64,000 nucleotides of DNA, taken from Okamejei kenojei. Its lineage: Eukaryota. Shown here piece after piece: positions 48,863 through 62,076 of the stretch. Location of the stretch: positions 15,314,001-15,378,000 of the forward strand of contig CM069160.1 of the NCBI GenBank assembly GCA_035221665.1, written 5' to 3'. The position numbers and the translations under genes were made by a program. Every line of letters starts with the position of its first letter. Within the stretch, counting starts at the first letter, position 1. Below the pieces are notes generated by a model that saw only the letters and a list, made by a program, of their open reading frames with translations, made no database searches and was not told the DNA's origin.

Positions 48863-49091
48863 TAATATGACTCTAATTAGATGATTGGATTTTTGTTTTC
48901 TCACATAATGCCAGAAATTGAGGGGAGACCTTATGGGATATAGAACAGAGAATAATTTAGCACATGAATGGGCCCTTAGTTCGGCCCACAATGTTTGTGA
49001 CAAGTATGATGCCTGGTTAAAATGGTTCCATCTGCCTGTTCCTTGTGTATCTAATAATATATTTTCTCGTTTTATCTCCATTCTTTCACAG

Positions 49092-49110
49092 GTACTAATC
49101 TGGATCAAAG
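49092..49110 (+). CDS. Candidate cytoplasmic micro-exon
   Basis: Long pyrimidine tract + cAG| gtactaatctggatcaaag |GTGGGT; in phase with the TM exon it reads RTNLDQ. Confidence 0.3.
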
Positions 49111-49149
49111 GTGGGTGGTTGCTACACACTTTAGCATTCAGTTTAACAT

Positions 49150-49520
49150 TCCCCTCTTTCTCCCTCTCCCATCAGGCAAGAGGTACAGAAGTGTGTGAAA
49201 ACGCACACCTCCAGATTCAGGGACCGTTTCTTCCCAGCTGTTCAGGCAACTGAACCTCTCATCGGGGCTACCACAACCAGAGAGAGCAGTGCTGAACTCC
49301 TATCTACCCCATTGGCGACACTCGGACAAAGCCCTTGAGCGGGCTTGCTGGCTTTTACTTTGCATCTGAACCTCATTCTATTACCATGTATCTGTACACT
49401 GTAAATTGGGTGGTTTGTTTGTAATCATGTGTTGCCTTTCTGCTGACTGGTTAGCAGGCGGCAAAAAAGCTTTTAACCTGTTCCTCAGTACATGTGACCA
49501 ATAAACTGAACTGAACTAAG
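49150..49520 (+). mobile_element. Rex1-clade 3' end
   Basis: LPSGKRYRS-like coding, aataaa(ctgaa)n tail. Confidence 0.7.
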
Positions 49521-49719
49521 GGGATGGTATAATTGTTGTGTAAAAGGGTACATGCAGAGATAATTGTTCTCTCTTTTGACACCATGCTGCTGGAAGTAAC
49601 TCCAACGGGTTCAGGGCAGCATCTCTGGAGGAAAGGAAAGTAATAGGTGACATTTCAGGTTGCGATCCATCCTTTGGTTTTAATGTTTTTATTGGAAGAA
49701 TTTGTTACAATTCTTCTGC

Positions 49720-50302
49720 AGTTGTCCTGAGCCCTAGTGAGGCCACACCTGGGTATGTCTGAGCAGTTTTGGTCTCCTAATTTTGAGGAAGCACATTCTT
49801 GCTAATTGAGGGAGTGCAGCGTAGGTTTCACCAGGTTAATTCCCGGGATGGCGGAACTGTCATATGCTGAGAAAATGGAGCAGCTGGGCTTGTACACACT
49901 GGAGTTTAGAAGGATGAGAGGGTATCTCATTAAAACGTATGACATTGTTAAGGGCTTGGCCACACTAGAAGAAGGAAACATGTTCCCGATGTTGGGGGAG
50001 TCCAGAACCAGGGGCCCCTGTTTGAGAATAAGGAGTAGGCCATTTAGAACGGAGACAAGGAAACACTTTTTCTCACAGAGAGTTGATGAGTCTGTGGAAT
50101 TCTCTGCCTCAAATGGTGGTGGAGGCCGGTTCTCTGGATGCTTTCAAGAGAGAGCTATATAGTGCTCTTAAAAATAGCGGTGTCAGGGGATATGGGGAGA
50201 AGGCAGGAACGGGGTACTGATTGTGGATGATCAGCCATGATCACATTGAATGGCGGTGCTGGCTCGAAGGGCCAAATGGCCTACTCCTGCACCTATTGTC
50301 TA
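49720..50302 (+). mobile_element. CR1 (HER1-like) LINE 3' fragment
   Basis: FTRLIPGM..LGLYTLEFRRMRG..RTRG..FFSQRV. Confidence 0.85.
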
Positions 50303-50389
50303 CAAAAAACTTGACAATTTTACAGCTCAGAGAACAGCTTCAATTTTAACAAAAAGCACATTCAATTAAAAAGAGAGAAGAAAAAAAAG

Positions 50390-53300
50390 AAAAAAGAAAA
50401 GAGGGTAGATATACCCGTTGACCCAGCCAAACGCCATGCTCAGACCTGCGAGTAATTTCAAATATGTGCTTACAAATATTGTTTTATTCAAAATCAATAA
50501 AGTGACCATATTTTTTAAAATTTGACCTCATTTATCATTCAAGATAAACCTATTTCTCTCTAGATGTCATTTCTGTAATCCACATCTTCATTGGAGGGAC
50601 TTCTGCATTTTTTCAGAATTTAAGTATGAGTTTTTTTGCTGATATTAGTCCATAGGCGACAAAGTGTCACTGAAAAAGTCAATTTACTACATGCCTCTGA
50701 TATTCCCAGTATTATCAGTTTTGAGGGTACACCAAATGCTGGAGAAACTCAGCGGGTGCAGCAGCATCTATGGAGCGAGGGAGATAGGCAACGTTTCAGG
50801 CCAAAACCCTTTTTCAGACTGATGGGGGGGGGGGGGGGGAAAGTTTTGAGTCTGGCTCTAATGGGACTTTCAGTACATTGGAGAGGACGCTGAATACTTC
50901 AGTCCAAAAACGTTCTATTTTTGTACAAAGTACAAAACTGTGGGTTAAAGTGGCGTCTTGGAACTGACACTTGTCGCAGAGAGGGGAAACACTGGGGGAT
51001 ATTTTGTTCAGTTCGGTTTTGGAGAAGTATAACCTGTGCAGCACTTTGACCTGTATCAGGCAATGTCTGGCATTTATGGAGCAAGTATGGATATATTGTA
51101 AGCTCTCGTCCCATATATCATGTGAGATTTGTTGACCCATCTCATTTTCCCATGCATGCCTGTAAACCTCAGATGATGGGGTGTTGATGTTTTGAAGGAC
51201 ATTGTAAATGTAGGATATAAACTTCTGTATCTGCATGTCTATTCAAACATTCATCAAGTTTATCTGGACTTGCAGTGTTGTAGTCTTGCATGTATGTTTT
51301 TGCATATTTCCTAACCTGAAGATATCTGAAAAAACTATTAGTATCAAATCGTATTTCTCCTGCAACTCATGGAAGGAGGGAAATGTCCCCTTCTGACAAA
51401 GGTCTCCCACAGTGTTGATTCCTTTGTCCTTCCATTGGGTGAAAACACCATATAAAGTAGAGGGTTTGAAATAGGGATTGTTTGCAATAGGAAGAAGGAG
51501 ACGTGTCTCTCAATTTGAGACTGAGCTTCAACTGTTTCCAGATACAAATAGTACCATGTATTATAGGGTTATGATCATACATTGACTTATTCAGGGATAT
51601 TGGAGACAGGACAATCGAGCCTATGGAGAAAGGCAAGCAATCTTCTCTTTCCATTTTTAGCCAGTTGGCCTCCTGAAGATTATGGTTTTAATATTCGTTG
51701 CCCAGTAGTAAGAGAGGAAATTGGGTAAGGCTATTCCTCCAATCTCTTTGGAATTGCACGTGTTGTTTGTGTATTCGGTGGCTTTTGAAGTCCCAAATGA
51801 AGTTAGTAACAATGGAATCCATTTTTTTAAAAGAAAGATTTGGGAAGATATATCGGTACTGTCTGAAATAAATATCAAAGCTGTGGGAGAAAGGTCATCT
51901 TTAAGAGATTCAATGTGTCAAGGAGGGAAATAGGCAGCGTTTTCCAAAATTGAATATAAGTATGAAGTTTTAAGATTAATGGAGGGGAATCTGTTTTGAA
52001 CAGGAGGGAATATTTCTTGGTAACATAAACTCCAAGATATCTGAATTTGTCAGTTACAATTCGAAAAGGGAACTGTTGGAGCCGGGTGATGTCTTGTTCA
52101 TTTATTGGCATCATTTTGCTTTTATTCCAATTAATTCTGTAGCCAGAGAAGGTGCCAAATTTGTCTATAGTGGATAGTAAATTTGGGATACTAGTTCGAG
52201 GGTTAGTAATGTATAACAGTGCATCGTCTGCATAAAGGGAAATGTTGTTAATAGTATGTGTAGTATTGTATCCATATATGTCTGGGTGGGGGACCTGATA
52301 CTCTCAGCAAGTGGTTCTATAGCTAATGCAAATAGCATCGGGGTGAGAGCGCATCCTTGTTTATTGCCCCTGAATAGGTAAAATTTAGATGAAAGTGTTT
52401 GGTTGGTTAATGTTCTGGCGCTCGGGTTAGTATATAGAAGCTTCACCCATAAGATGAATCTTCGCCTAATTGGAATTTTGCCAGCACTGTGGAAAGATAA
52501 GACCATTCAACTTGGTCGAAAGCTATTTCCGTGTCCAGTGCGATGATTGTGAGGTCTTCGTTCGGTATTCTGTGTGAGTAAATTATATTAAACCGCCGGC
52601 TCAGATTAAAGAAAGAGTGTCGTTTGGGTATGAACCCAGTTTTATCTGAGTGTACAAGTTTGCCAATGACTAGGCTGAGTCTACGAGCCAGGGTCTTGGC
52701 TAGAATCTTCTGATCAGTATTTAAAGGGGAAATTGCTCTGTAAGGTCCCGGTTCTTCAAGGTTCTTATCTTTTTTTGGAATTTTTTATTTTTTTAATTTT
52801 TTTTATTTAATTTTATTTTTTTTTATAGTGTGAAAAAAGTGTGAAAGAAGAAAGTTGAGAAAGAAAAAGAAAAAAGAAAGAAAAAGAGTAGAAAGTAAGA
52901 GATTAAGGAGATCGTTATCTATATTCTTGACCATCCCTCACCCAATCCTGAAACAGTTGGCTTCTACGGTTTTGTTGCACCAAATGCTTCCAAAAAAATC
53001 GACAAATGGAGACCAACTCGTTAAAAATTGGTCTGATTTGTCTATTAGGAGGAATCGCATTTCCTCAAGATGTGCAGTGTCCAACATGTTTGAAATCCAC
53101 AATTTAAGTGTTGGTATGGCTGTATTTTTCCAAAAGTTATTTTTTTGCCGTTATTAACCCATAATTAAAAAATAAATTTTGAGATGAGTTCAATTTATTC
53201 CCATCTGCCATTACTCCAAATATAATCATTTCAGTATTAAGTTCCATTTTAATCTTAAATAATTTTGTAAATATTTTAAAAATATCACTCCAGGGTTTAT

Positions 53301-56300
53301 AAAGTTTTATGCAGGAGACAAAAGAGTGTGTTATAGTTGCATTTTGGGATAGACATTTATCACAAATGGGGGAAGTATGTGGATAGAATTTATTCAATCT
53401 AGTTTTTGAGTAATATGTTTGCAAATACACAGGACTAGATGTTAAAAATCCAAGGTGCCAAATATCAATTTACTCCCAATGGTGATGGGAGCCTTCTGCA
53501 CTCACCTATGCTCCTCCGATGTTGAGAAAGGCTAGGCAGACACGTCATTGAGGTTATCAAGTGGGCACCTACTTTCATCAACGTTTGGCTGATTGAACCC
53601 ACGACGTCTCCAGTAGGCTCAGCGGTGCATTCTGGCGTCCCAGAACCACCCCCCTCTGCATCTGTCTAGTCGGTTATTTGGGAGACCAAATGGGGCCTTT
53701 CCTCTTCAGCCAGAGCCACTGGCTACTCCGCTCTGCTACCCGTGATGTTTCTTTGATGGCCTGGCGTAGGGCTTGTCCGCTGATCCCCAGGTTCCTTATC
53801 AGTATTAAAGTAGATGTTGCCACAATCCTCTGACATCCAACTTCTACCGGGCAGATCTTAGCTCTCCAGCCCCGCTGTTCTGCCTCCGCTGCAAGCTCTG
53901 TATATCGCAGTTTCTTTTCTTTCGAAGGCTTCCTGCACAGCATCCTCCCAAGGGACTGTGAGCTCCACAAAGTACACCATACGCTGACAGTTCGACCAGG
54001 AGCACAAGATCAGGCCTCAAGTTAGTGATGGCTATTTCTGATGGAACTGTAAGCCGTTGGTCCACATCCACCAGCATCTGGCAATCCCGGGCTGCCTCCA
54101 GCTGTCCAAGCCTGGCCCTTGGTGAATTTTCTATTGCCTTTGCTCCCCCACCCCCCCCCCCCCGAACAAAGGCAATTGTCTTAACTGGGTTGGTTGTTCT
54201 GGGCGGCAAGGCATTGCTGGCTGTATCCTCCTGCGTTACAGAGTCGCTGCCAGGCAGTTTGAGCACTTGATTATGTCTCCAGGTGTACCGTCCTTGGGAG
54301 AGGCTTTACTTTACACCCAGTGAGATATGCCTAAGTGTGGCTGGTGTTGAACACAGGGGGGCATGATGGATCTTCGCCCATCCATTGGTTGAGATGTTTT
54401 GGGCTAGGAAGGACATCCTAGGTTGCCCGAATGAGGAAACTTATCCTGCTCGCCTCCATCTCCCACATGTCCTTCCAACTGATCTTCCTCTTTTCCACAC
54501 TCTCCCATCTCATCCACTGGCCCTGTTTAGCTTGCGACACAGCCGTGGCACACCTGCTCAACTCCTCCTGTCGGCGGACTTCGTCCGCGACCAACTTCCG
54601 GCGCTCCAGTGATGATGCCTTGTTCCAGCAAGGTCGCTTTCCGTCAAGCCCCAAGCCACTTCTTCCATGTTGGATTTGCCCTACAATGTCGCCTTGCTGG
54701 AGAGCAGATTTGGCCTGCTGTGTCGCATTCTTAGCCATCCACTTCTTTCCTGTTGCCAGGGTTGGAGCAGCTGCTCGGATGACAGGGTCCCTTGATTCTG
54801 CCAGGGTCATCTCTAGTCTGACTTTAGTGCACTTGTACTCCTCTGTGAGACTAGAGAGAGGCAGCTGGAGTACCCCCTGACCGTACAGGCCTACGCTGCT
54901 CAGGCACCGAGGAACACCTAACCACTTTCTCACGAAAGAGATGATTGAGGGTGATGTCATACATTGTTAGTGGCCACATATTTGGATAGAATTTATTCAA
55001 TCTAGTTTTTGAGTAATATAATCTATGTAAAATTTTAAATTGAATTTAATTATGTCTTACATTAATCGAACATTTGTGTATATATATCAAATACTTTTCC
55101 CATGTTTCCTTCGTAATTTTTATCATTAATTCTCGTTTCCATTCTTCTCTAAGTGCCTCTGTCGATGGTAAATCTATATTTAAAGTACTATTATACAAGT
55201 ATGATATTAATTTCTGTGAGTCCGCCTTAATGTTCATTACTTCTTCCAGTGGATCTAAAGTTAAGTTTTGATATCTTTGTATGTATTTCTTCATGAAGTC
55301 GCAGATCTGAAGATATTTAAAATATTCGTTATTTTTCAGTTTAAATTTTAATTGTAATTGTTAGAATGATAACAGATTTCCCATTTCATACATATCCCCG
55401 ATCCTTTTAATTCCCATTCTTTGCCATTGATTATATGTTTTATCAATAAGATATGGTTTAAATGAAGGATTATTCACTATTGGCATTAAAAATGATAGGT
55501 TTCTTAATTTTAAGGATAATTTGATTTGTTTCCAAATTCTTATTGTATCATGTATAATTGGGTTATTCTTATATATTGTGTTGTTCAATTTTATCGGTGA
55601 GAAGAGGATCACTCCAATATTACAAGGAGAACAATCCTCTTTCTCCATTCTTATCCATTCTGTCTGTTGGGTAGAACTGTCCAACCAGTAAATTATATTC
55701 TTAATATGCACTGCCCAATAATAATACAAAACGTTCGGAAGTGAAAATCCCCCAATGTCTTTTGGTTTGCACAAATGTTTTCTTTGAATTCTGTGCGATC
55801 TATAATCCCAGATAAAATTGGTAATATTGGAGTCCAGTTTTTTTGTCGTTTTTTGGTATATATAATGGTATAGATTGAAATAGGTATAATATTTGTGGAA
55901 AAAATATAATTTTTTCAGCGTTTATTCTGCCTATTAATGATAACGGAAGTGTTTTCCAGAATTTAATCGTGTTGAGTTTATTGAATAAAGGCATAAAATT
56001 AGCATTAAATAATGCTTTGTATTTTGTAGTAATTTGAATACCCAAATAGAATCTTCAGATCACTATTTAAAAGGGCAATTGCTCTATAAGGTCCCGGCTC
56101 TTCAAGGTTTGTATCTTTTTTCGGAATTAATGTGATAATTGATTCTGCTAGAGTCTGCGGTAAAGTCTGCTCCTTGAACGCCTGAGTATACAGGCATTGT
56201 AGACATGGGGAACTTATATTGTTAAATGTTTTGTAAAATTCATTATTGAGCCCATTTGGGCCAGGAGTTTGTCCACTTTTCAGTGATTTAATGGTCTCTG

Positions 56301-56950
56301 AAATGTCCTTTACTGTTATCTCTGAACCCAATCCTTATGTTCAGTCTCACTGAGGGTTGGAAGATTGCACTTCTCCAGAAAAGTCAGCATCGTCACTGAA
56401 TCGGCTGTTGTTTGAGATGAGTAGAGGCTTTGATAAAATAGTTGAAATCTTTCATTGATATCTTTGGGCAGTGAGAGCAGTTCTCCTTTTTCCGATCTGA
56501 TTTTATGTATGGTACGGTCGTTTTCTAATTGGCGAAGTAGTCTTGCTAAACGTTCATGGGGTTTATCGCCAAATTTTGCTTGGTGAATTGAAATGCCCTA
56601 TTGATGCTTGCTGAGAATATCTGGTTTAATTTGTATTTGAGTGCAGCTATTTTGTTATGTTTTCCTGTGGATGGCTCGGCAGCATTTTCTGAGGCCAACT
56701 GTTTTATTTGTTTTTCTAGCTCTAGTGGCCTTTCTTCTCCTGTTCTGCGATCCATATTTGACCCGAAACATCACCCATTCCATTTCCCCAGAGATGCTGG
56801 CTGGCCCGCTGAGTTACTCCAGCATTTGGTGTCTATCTTCAGTGTAAACCAGATATCTAATGTGCCAAGCAACCCGTTAGATTGCCTTGGATTTTGTGGA
56901 CACTTTGGTTGCTGACCAGTTCATTCTGTTTGTTGTAAGAATTTGCTTTC
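50390..56950 (-). mobile_element. Nested L1 elements (host 56048-56950 and 50390-52782; inserted L1 52783-56047)
   Basis: ORF2 pieces TPGPNG, LIPKKD, QGCALTPMLFALAIEPLA, GGFSLPN..YYWA, PLCDKC; poly(T) at 52783-52824. Confidence 0.85.
53417..54982 (-). mobile_element. Hero-like non-LTR retrotransposon (restriction-like endonuclease type), 5'-truncated, 37-bp TSD
   Basis: RKWLGVPRCLSSVGLYG, QQGDIVGQIQHGRSGLG, Zn-knuckle region, NLRPDLVL, KKLRYTELA..GW..PVEVG; direct repeats at 53380-53416 and 54983-55019. Confidence 0.8.
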
Positions 56951-57259
56951 ATTAGTTCATAAGTCATTGGAGCAGAATTTGGCCATTCAGCCCATCGAGT
57001 CTATTCCACCGTTCAATCATGACCGATCTCTCTTCCCTCTCAACCCCATTCTCCTGCCTGCTCCCCGTAACCTTTGACTCCTTTACTAATCAAGAACCTG
57101 TCAATCTCCGTTTCAGCAGATTCACCACCCTCTGGTTGAAGAAATTCCTCCTCATCTCGTTTGACGGCACTGGGCCTGTACTCGCTGGTGTTTAGAAGAA
57201 TGAGGGAGGGGAAACCCCATTGAAATGTACCGAATAGTGAAAGGCTTGGACAGAGTGGA

Positions 57260-60200
57260 CTAGACCAAGTGTGGACCCGTTGGTCCCCGTCCCCCAACGC
57301 AATATTCCACCACTGACCCATAGCCCACAACTGCGCAGGTCACATAGTGACACGAGTCACGGCAACACTCCCCCAACTGTGCAGGTGCGGCCGGCAAGTG
57401 TGAGCGCGATTGCGACATTTTCAAAGTTCAAAATGGCAATAACCTGTAAAATATATGATCAACTAAACTAAGTGGGACGCATTGGGTCCCAGCATCACAC
57501 GGGGGGGCTGGTCACCAACGCAATATTCCACCTCTCCACCAATTCCAATATTGCTTGCCAGTGGGGGGGGGCCCTTTCTGTTGCGCTAGAATGGGTGTTG
57601 CGGGCCGAAGGCTGGAAGCCAACTGTTGCAATGATTTTAAAAGCCAAGGCAAGGGAAATAATTTGGCCGCAGCCACTAGACAACCTCTTCAAAAAGGTGA
57701 GGCAAACAATTGGGCAGCAAGCACTCACCTGACAACTAAAATTCATTTTGTGAACACAACATTTTTTTTTAAATGCGAGGCAAACAATTGGGCAGCAAGC
57801 AGCCAAATGACAACCAAAATCCATTTTGTGAACACAAACTTTTTAAAAAGGCGAGGCAAACAATTGGGCCGCAGCCACCTGACAACCAAAATCCATTTTG
57901 TGAACAAAAACTTTTTTTAAAGGCGAGGCAAACAATTGGGCCGCAGCCACCTGACAACCAAAATCCATTTTGTGAACACAAACTCTTTAAAAAGGCAAGG
58001 CAAACAATTGGGCCGCAGCCGCCTGCCAACCAAAATCCATTTTGTGAACACAAACTCTTTAAAAAGGCGAGACAAACAATTGGGCCACAGCCGCCTGCCC
58101 ACAAAAACCATTTTGTGAATACAAACTCTTTAAAAAGGTGAGGCAACAATTGGGCAGCAAGCAGCCAAATGACAACTAAAATCCATTTTGTGAACACAAA
58201 CTTTTAAAAAAGGTGAGGCAAACTAATGGGCCGCAGTCACCTGACAACCAAAATCCATTTTGTGAATACAAACACTTAAAAAGGTGAGGCAAACAATGGG
58301 GCCGCAGCCATTCTACAGCCAAAATCCATTTTGTGAACACAAACTTTTTTTTAAAAAGGCAAGCAGCCATCTCACAACCAAAATCCATTTTGTAAACACA
58401 AACTTTTTAAAAAAGCTAGGCAAACAATTGGGAAGCAAGCAGCCACCTGCCAACCCAAATCCATTTTGTGAACACAAACTCTTTAAAAAGGCGAGGCCAA
58501 CAATTGGTCAGCAGCCACCTGACAACCAAAATCCATTTTGTGAACACATACTCTTTAAAACGACGAGGCAAACAATTGGGCTGCAGCCGCCTGAGAACCA
58601 AAATCCATTTTGTGAACACAAACATTTTAAAAAGGCGAGGCAAACAATTGGGAAGCAAGCAGCCACCTGCCAACCCAAGTCCATTTTGTGAACACAAACT
58701 CTTTAAAAAGGCGAGGCAAACAATTGGGCTACGGATGCCTGTCAACCAAAATCCATTTTGTGAACACAAACTCTTCAAAAAGACGAGCCAAACAATTGGG
58801 CCGCAGTCACCTGACAACCAAAATCCATTTTGTGAACACAAACACTTCAAAAAGGCAAGACAAACAATTGGGCCGCCGCCACCTGAGAACCAAAGTCCAT
58901 TTTGGAAACACAAACTTTTTTCTAAAAAGGCGAGGCAAATAATTGGGCAGCAAGCAGCCTCATGACAACAAAAATTCATTTTGTGAACACAAACTCTTTT
59001 TCAAAAAGGCGAGGCAAACAATTGGCAGCAAGCAGCCACCTTATAACCAAAATTCATTTTGTGAACACAAGGTTTTTTTAAAAAAAGGTGAGGCAGACAA
59101 TTTGACAGCAAACAGCCACCTGACAACAAAAATTCATTTTGTGAACACAAACATTTTTTTAAAAAGGCGAAAACAATTGGGCAGCAAGCAGCCACCCGAC
59201 AACCAAAATTCATTTTGTGAAAACAAACTTTTTTTTAAAAAGGCGAGGCAAACAATTGGGCAGCAAGCAGCCAAATTACAACAAAAATCCATTTTGTGAA
59301 TACAAACTCTTTAAAAAGGCGAGGCAAACAATTGGTGCTGCAGCCACCTGACAAATAAAATCCATTTTGTGAACACAAACTTTTTTTAAAAAAGGCGAGG
59401 CAAACAATTGGGCAGCAAGCAGCCAAATGACAACCAAAATCCATTTTGTGAACACATGCTTTTGAAAAAGGCGAGGCAAACAATTGGGCAACAAGCAGCC
59501 ACCTACCAACCCAAATCCATTTTGTGAACACAAATTCTTTAAAAAAAGGTGAGGCAAACAATTGGGCCGCAGCCGCCTTACAACCAAAATACATTTTGTG
59601 AACACAAACTCTTCAAAAAGGCGAGGCAAACAATTGGGCCGCAGCCACCTGACAACCAAATTCCATTTTGTGAACACAAACTCTTTTAAAAGGCGAGGCA
59701 AACAATTGGGCAGCAAGCAGCCACCTGACAGCCAAAATTCATTTTGTGATGACAAACTTTTTTTTTTAAAAGGCAACGCAAACAATTGTTCAGCAAGCAG
59801 CCACCTACCAACACAAATCTATTTTGTGAACACAAACTCTTTAAAAAGGCGAGGCAAACAATTGTGCCACCTGACAACCAAAATTTATTTTGTGAACACA
59901 AACTCTTCAAAATGGCAAGGCAAAGCAATTAGGCAGCCACCTACCAACCCAAATCCTTTTTGTGAACACAAACCTTTTTTTAAATAGGTGAAGCAAACAT
60001 TGGGCAGCATGCAGCCACCAGACAACCAAAATTCATTTTGTGAACACAAACATTTTTTTTTTTTTTAAAGGCAAGGCGAACAATTGGGCAGCAAGCAACC
60101 ACCTGACAACCAAAATTTATTTTGTGAACAGAAACCTTTTTTTAAAAAGGCGAGGCAAACAATTGGGCAGCAAGCAGCCACCTGACAACCAAAATCCATT

Positions 60201-62076
60201 TTGTGAACACATGCTTTTTAAAAAGGCGAGGCAAACAATTGTGCAACAAGCAGCCACCTACCATCCCAAATCCATTTTGTGAACACAAACTCTTTAAAAA
60301 AGGCGAGGCAAACAATTGTGCCGCAGACCCCACTTGATAACCAAATTCCATTTTGTGAACACAAACTCTTTTAAAAGGCGAGGCAAACAATTGGGCCGCA
60401 GCCACCTGACAACCAAAATCCATTTTGTGAACACAAACTCTTTAAAAAGGTGAGGCAAACAATTGGGCCGCAGCCGCCTTACAACCAAAATACATTTTGT
60501 GAACACAAACGCTTCAAAAAGGCGAGGCAAACAATTGGGCCGCAGCCACCTGACAACCAAAATACATTTTGCGAACATAAACTTTTTTTAAAAAGGCGAG
60601 GCAAACAATTGGGCAGCAAACAGCCACCTGACAGCCAAAATCCGTATTGTGAACACAAACCTTTGGAAAAAAAGGCGAGGTAAACAATTGGGCAGCAAGC
60701 AGCCACCTGACAACCAAAATTCATTTTGGGAACTCAAAATGGTTAAAAGAAATGCGAGGCAAATAATTGGGCAGCAAGCAGCCACCTGACAGCCAAAATT
60801 CATTTTGTGATGACATACATTTTTTTTTAAAAGGCAAGGCAAACAATTGTTCAGCAAGCAGCCACCTACCAACACAAATCTTTTTTGTGAACACAAACTC
60901 TTTAAAAAGGCGAGGCAAACAATTGTGTCAACCAAAATTTATTTTGTGAACACAAACTCTTCAAAATGGCAAGGCAAATAATTAGGCAGCAAGCAGCCAC
61001 CTACCAACCCAAATCCTTTTTGTGAACACAAACTTTTTTTTAAATAGGCGAAGCAAACATTGGCCAGCAAGCAGCCACCAGACAACCAAAATTCATTTTG
61101 TGAACACAAACTTTTTTTTTTAAAGGCAAGGCAAACAATTGGGCAGCAAGCAACCACCTGACAACCAAAATTTATTTTGTGAACAGAAACCTTTTTTTTA
61201 AAGGCGTGGCAAACAATTGGGCAGCAAGCAGCCACCTGACAAACAAAATTCATTTTGTGAATTCAAACTGGTTAAAAGAACTGCAAGGCAAATAATTGGG
61301 CAGCAAGTAGCCACCTGACAGCCTAAAATTCATTTTGTGAATACAAACTTTAAAAAAAAAGGCGAGGCAAACAATTAGGCAGCAAGCAGTCGAAACAGGG
61401 TGGACAACATGAAGGTTGCAATCATCCACCCCAATGCATCACACTCTCTCTCTTCAGTTCTCTCGTCCTCCATTAATCCCCCTCTCCCCACCCTCCTCCA
61501 CCCTCCTCTGCTTCCTCCCCTCACCCCCACCCTCCCCTCCCCCCTTCTTCCCCTCCCTCCTCCATTACCTCGGCCATCCCCCTTACCTACCCCTATCCTC
61601 CTCCATATCCCCCTCATCCCCAGCACTCCCATACTCCCTCTTCTTTCCCCTCTTCTCTCCCTCCTCCAACCCCTCCCCTCTCTCCCTCTCCTTTCCCCTA
61701 CCCTCAGTCACATCACCTCCCTCCATAACCGCTCTACCCTCCCTATCCCCTTCCTCTTTTCTGTAATGCCCCGAATGCCCCCCCCTCCTCGCGCCCCCAC
61801 TCCTCACCCCTCCCCCATACCCACCCCCGAATCTTCCCCCCATCCTCCTTGACCGCCCCCCTTTCATGCGGGTTATGAAAATAACGCATGATTTTGCACC
61901 CGTAAATGTAACCTCAAGAATTTGATGAGAGGATCGAAATTGAGTTTTTGAGATATGTATGTAAATGACCCTGATTCGGGAAAAACAATACCGTCAACCG
62001 TGACGTCATTGTGGATGACGCTCGACCGCTACGCCACCCCCTAAATGATCCTCCCCCCCCTAGCCGGGGGACACAG
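57260..62076 (-). mobile_element. Helitron-like element, paralogous copy without DIRS
   Basis: Hairpin ggacc-cgtt-ggtcc (57273-57286) lies 9 nt from terminal CTAG (57263-57260), which is followed by T. Confidence 0.65.
57635..61392 (-). repeat. 73-79-bp satellite array, uninterrupted copy
   Basis: Reverse complement of the 15432-25947 unit. Confidence 0.95.
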
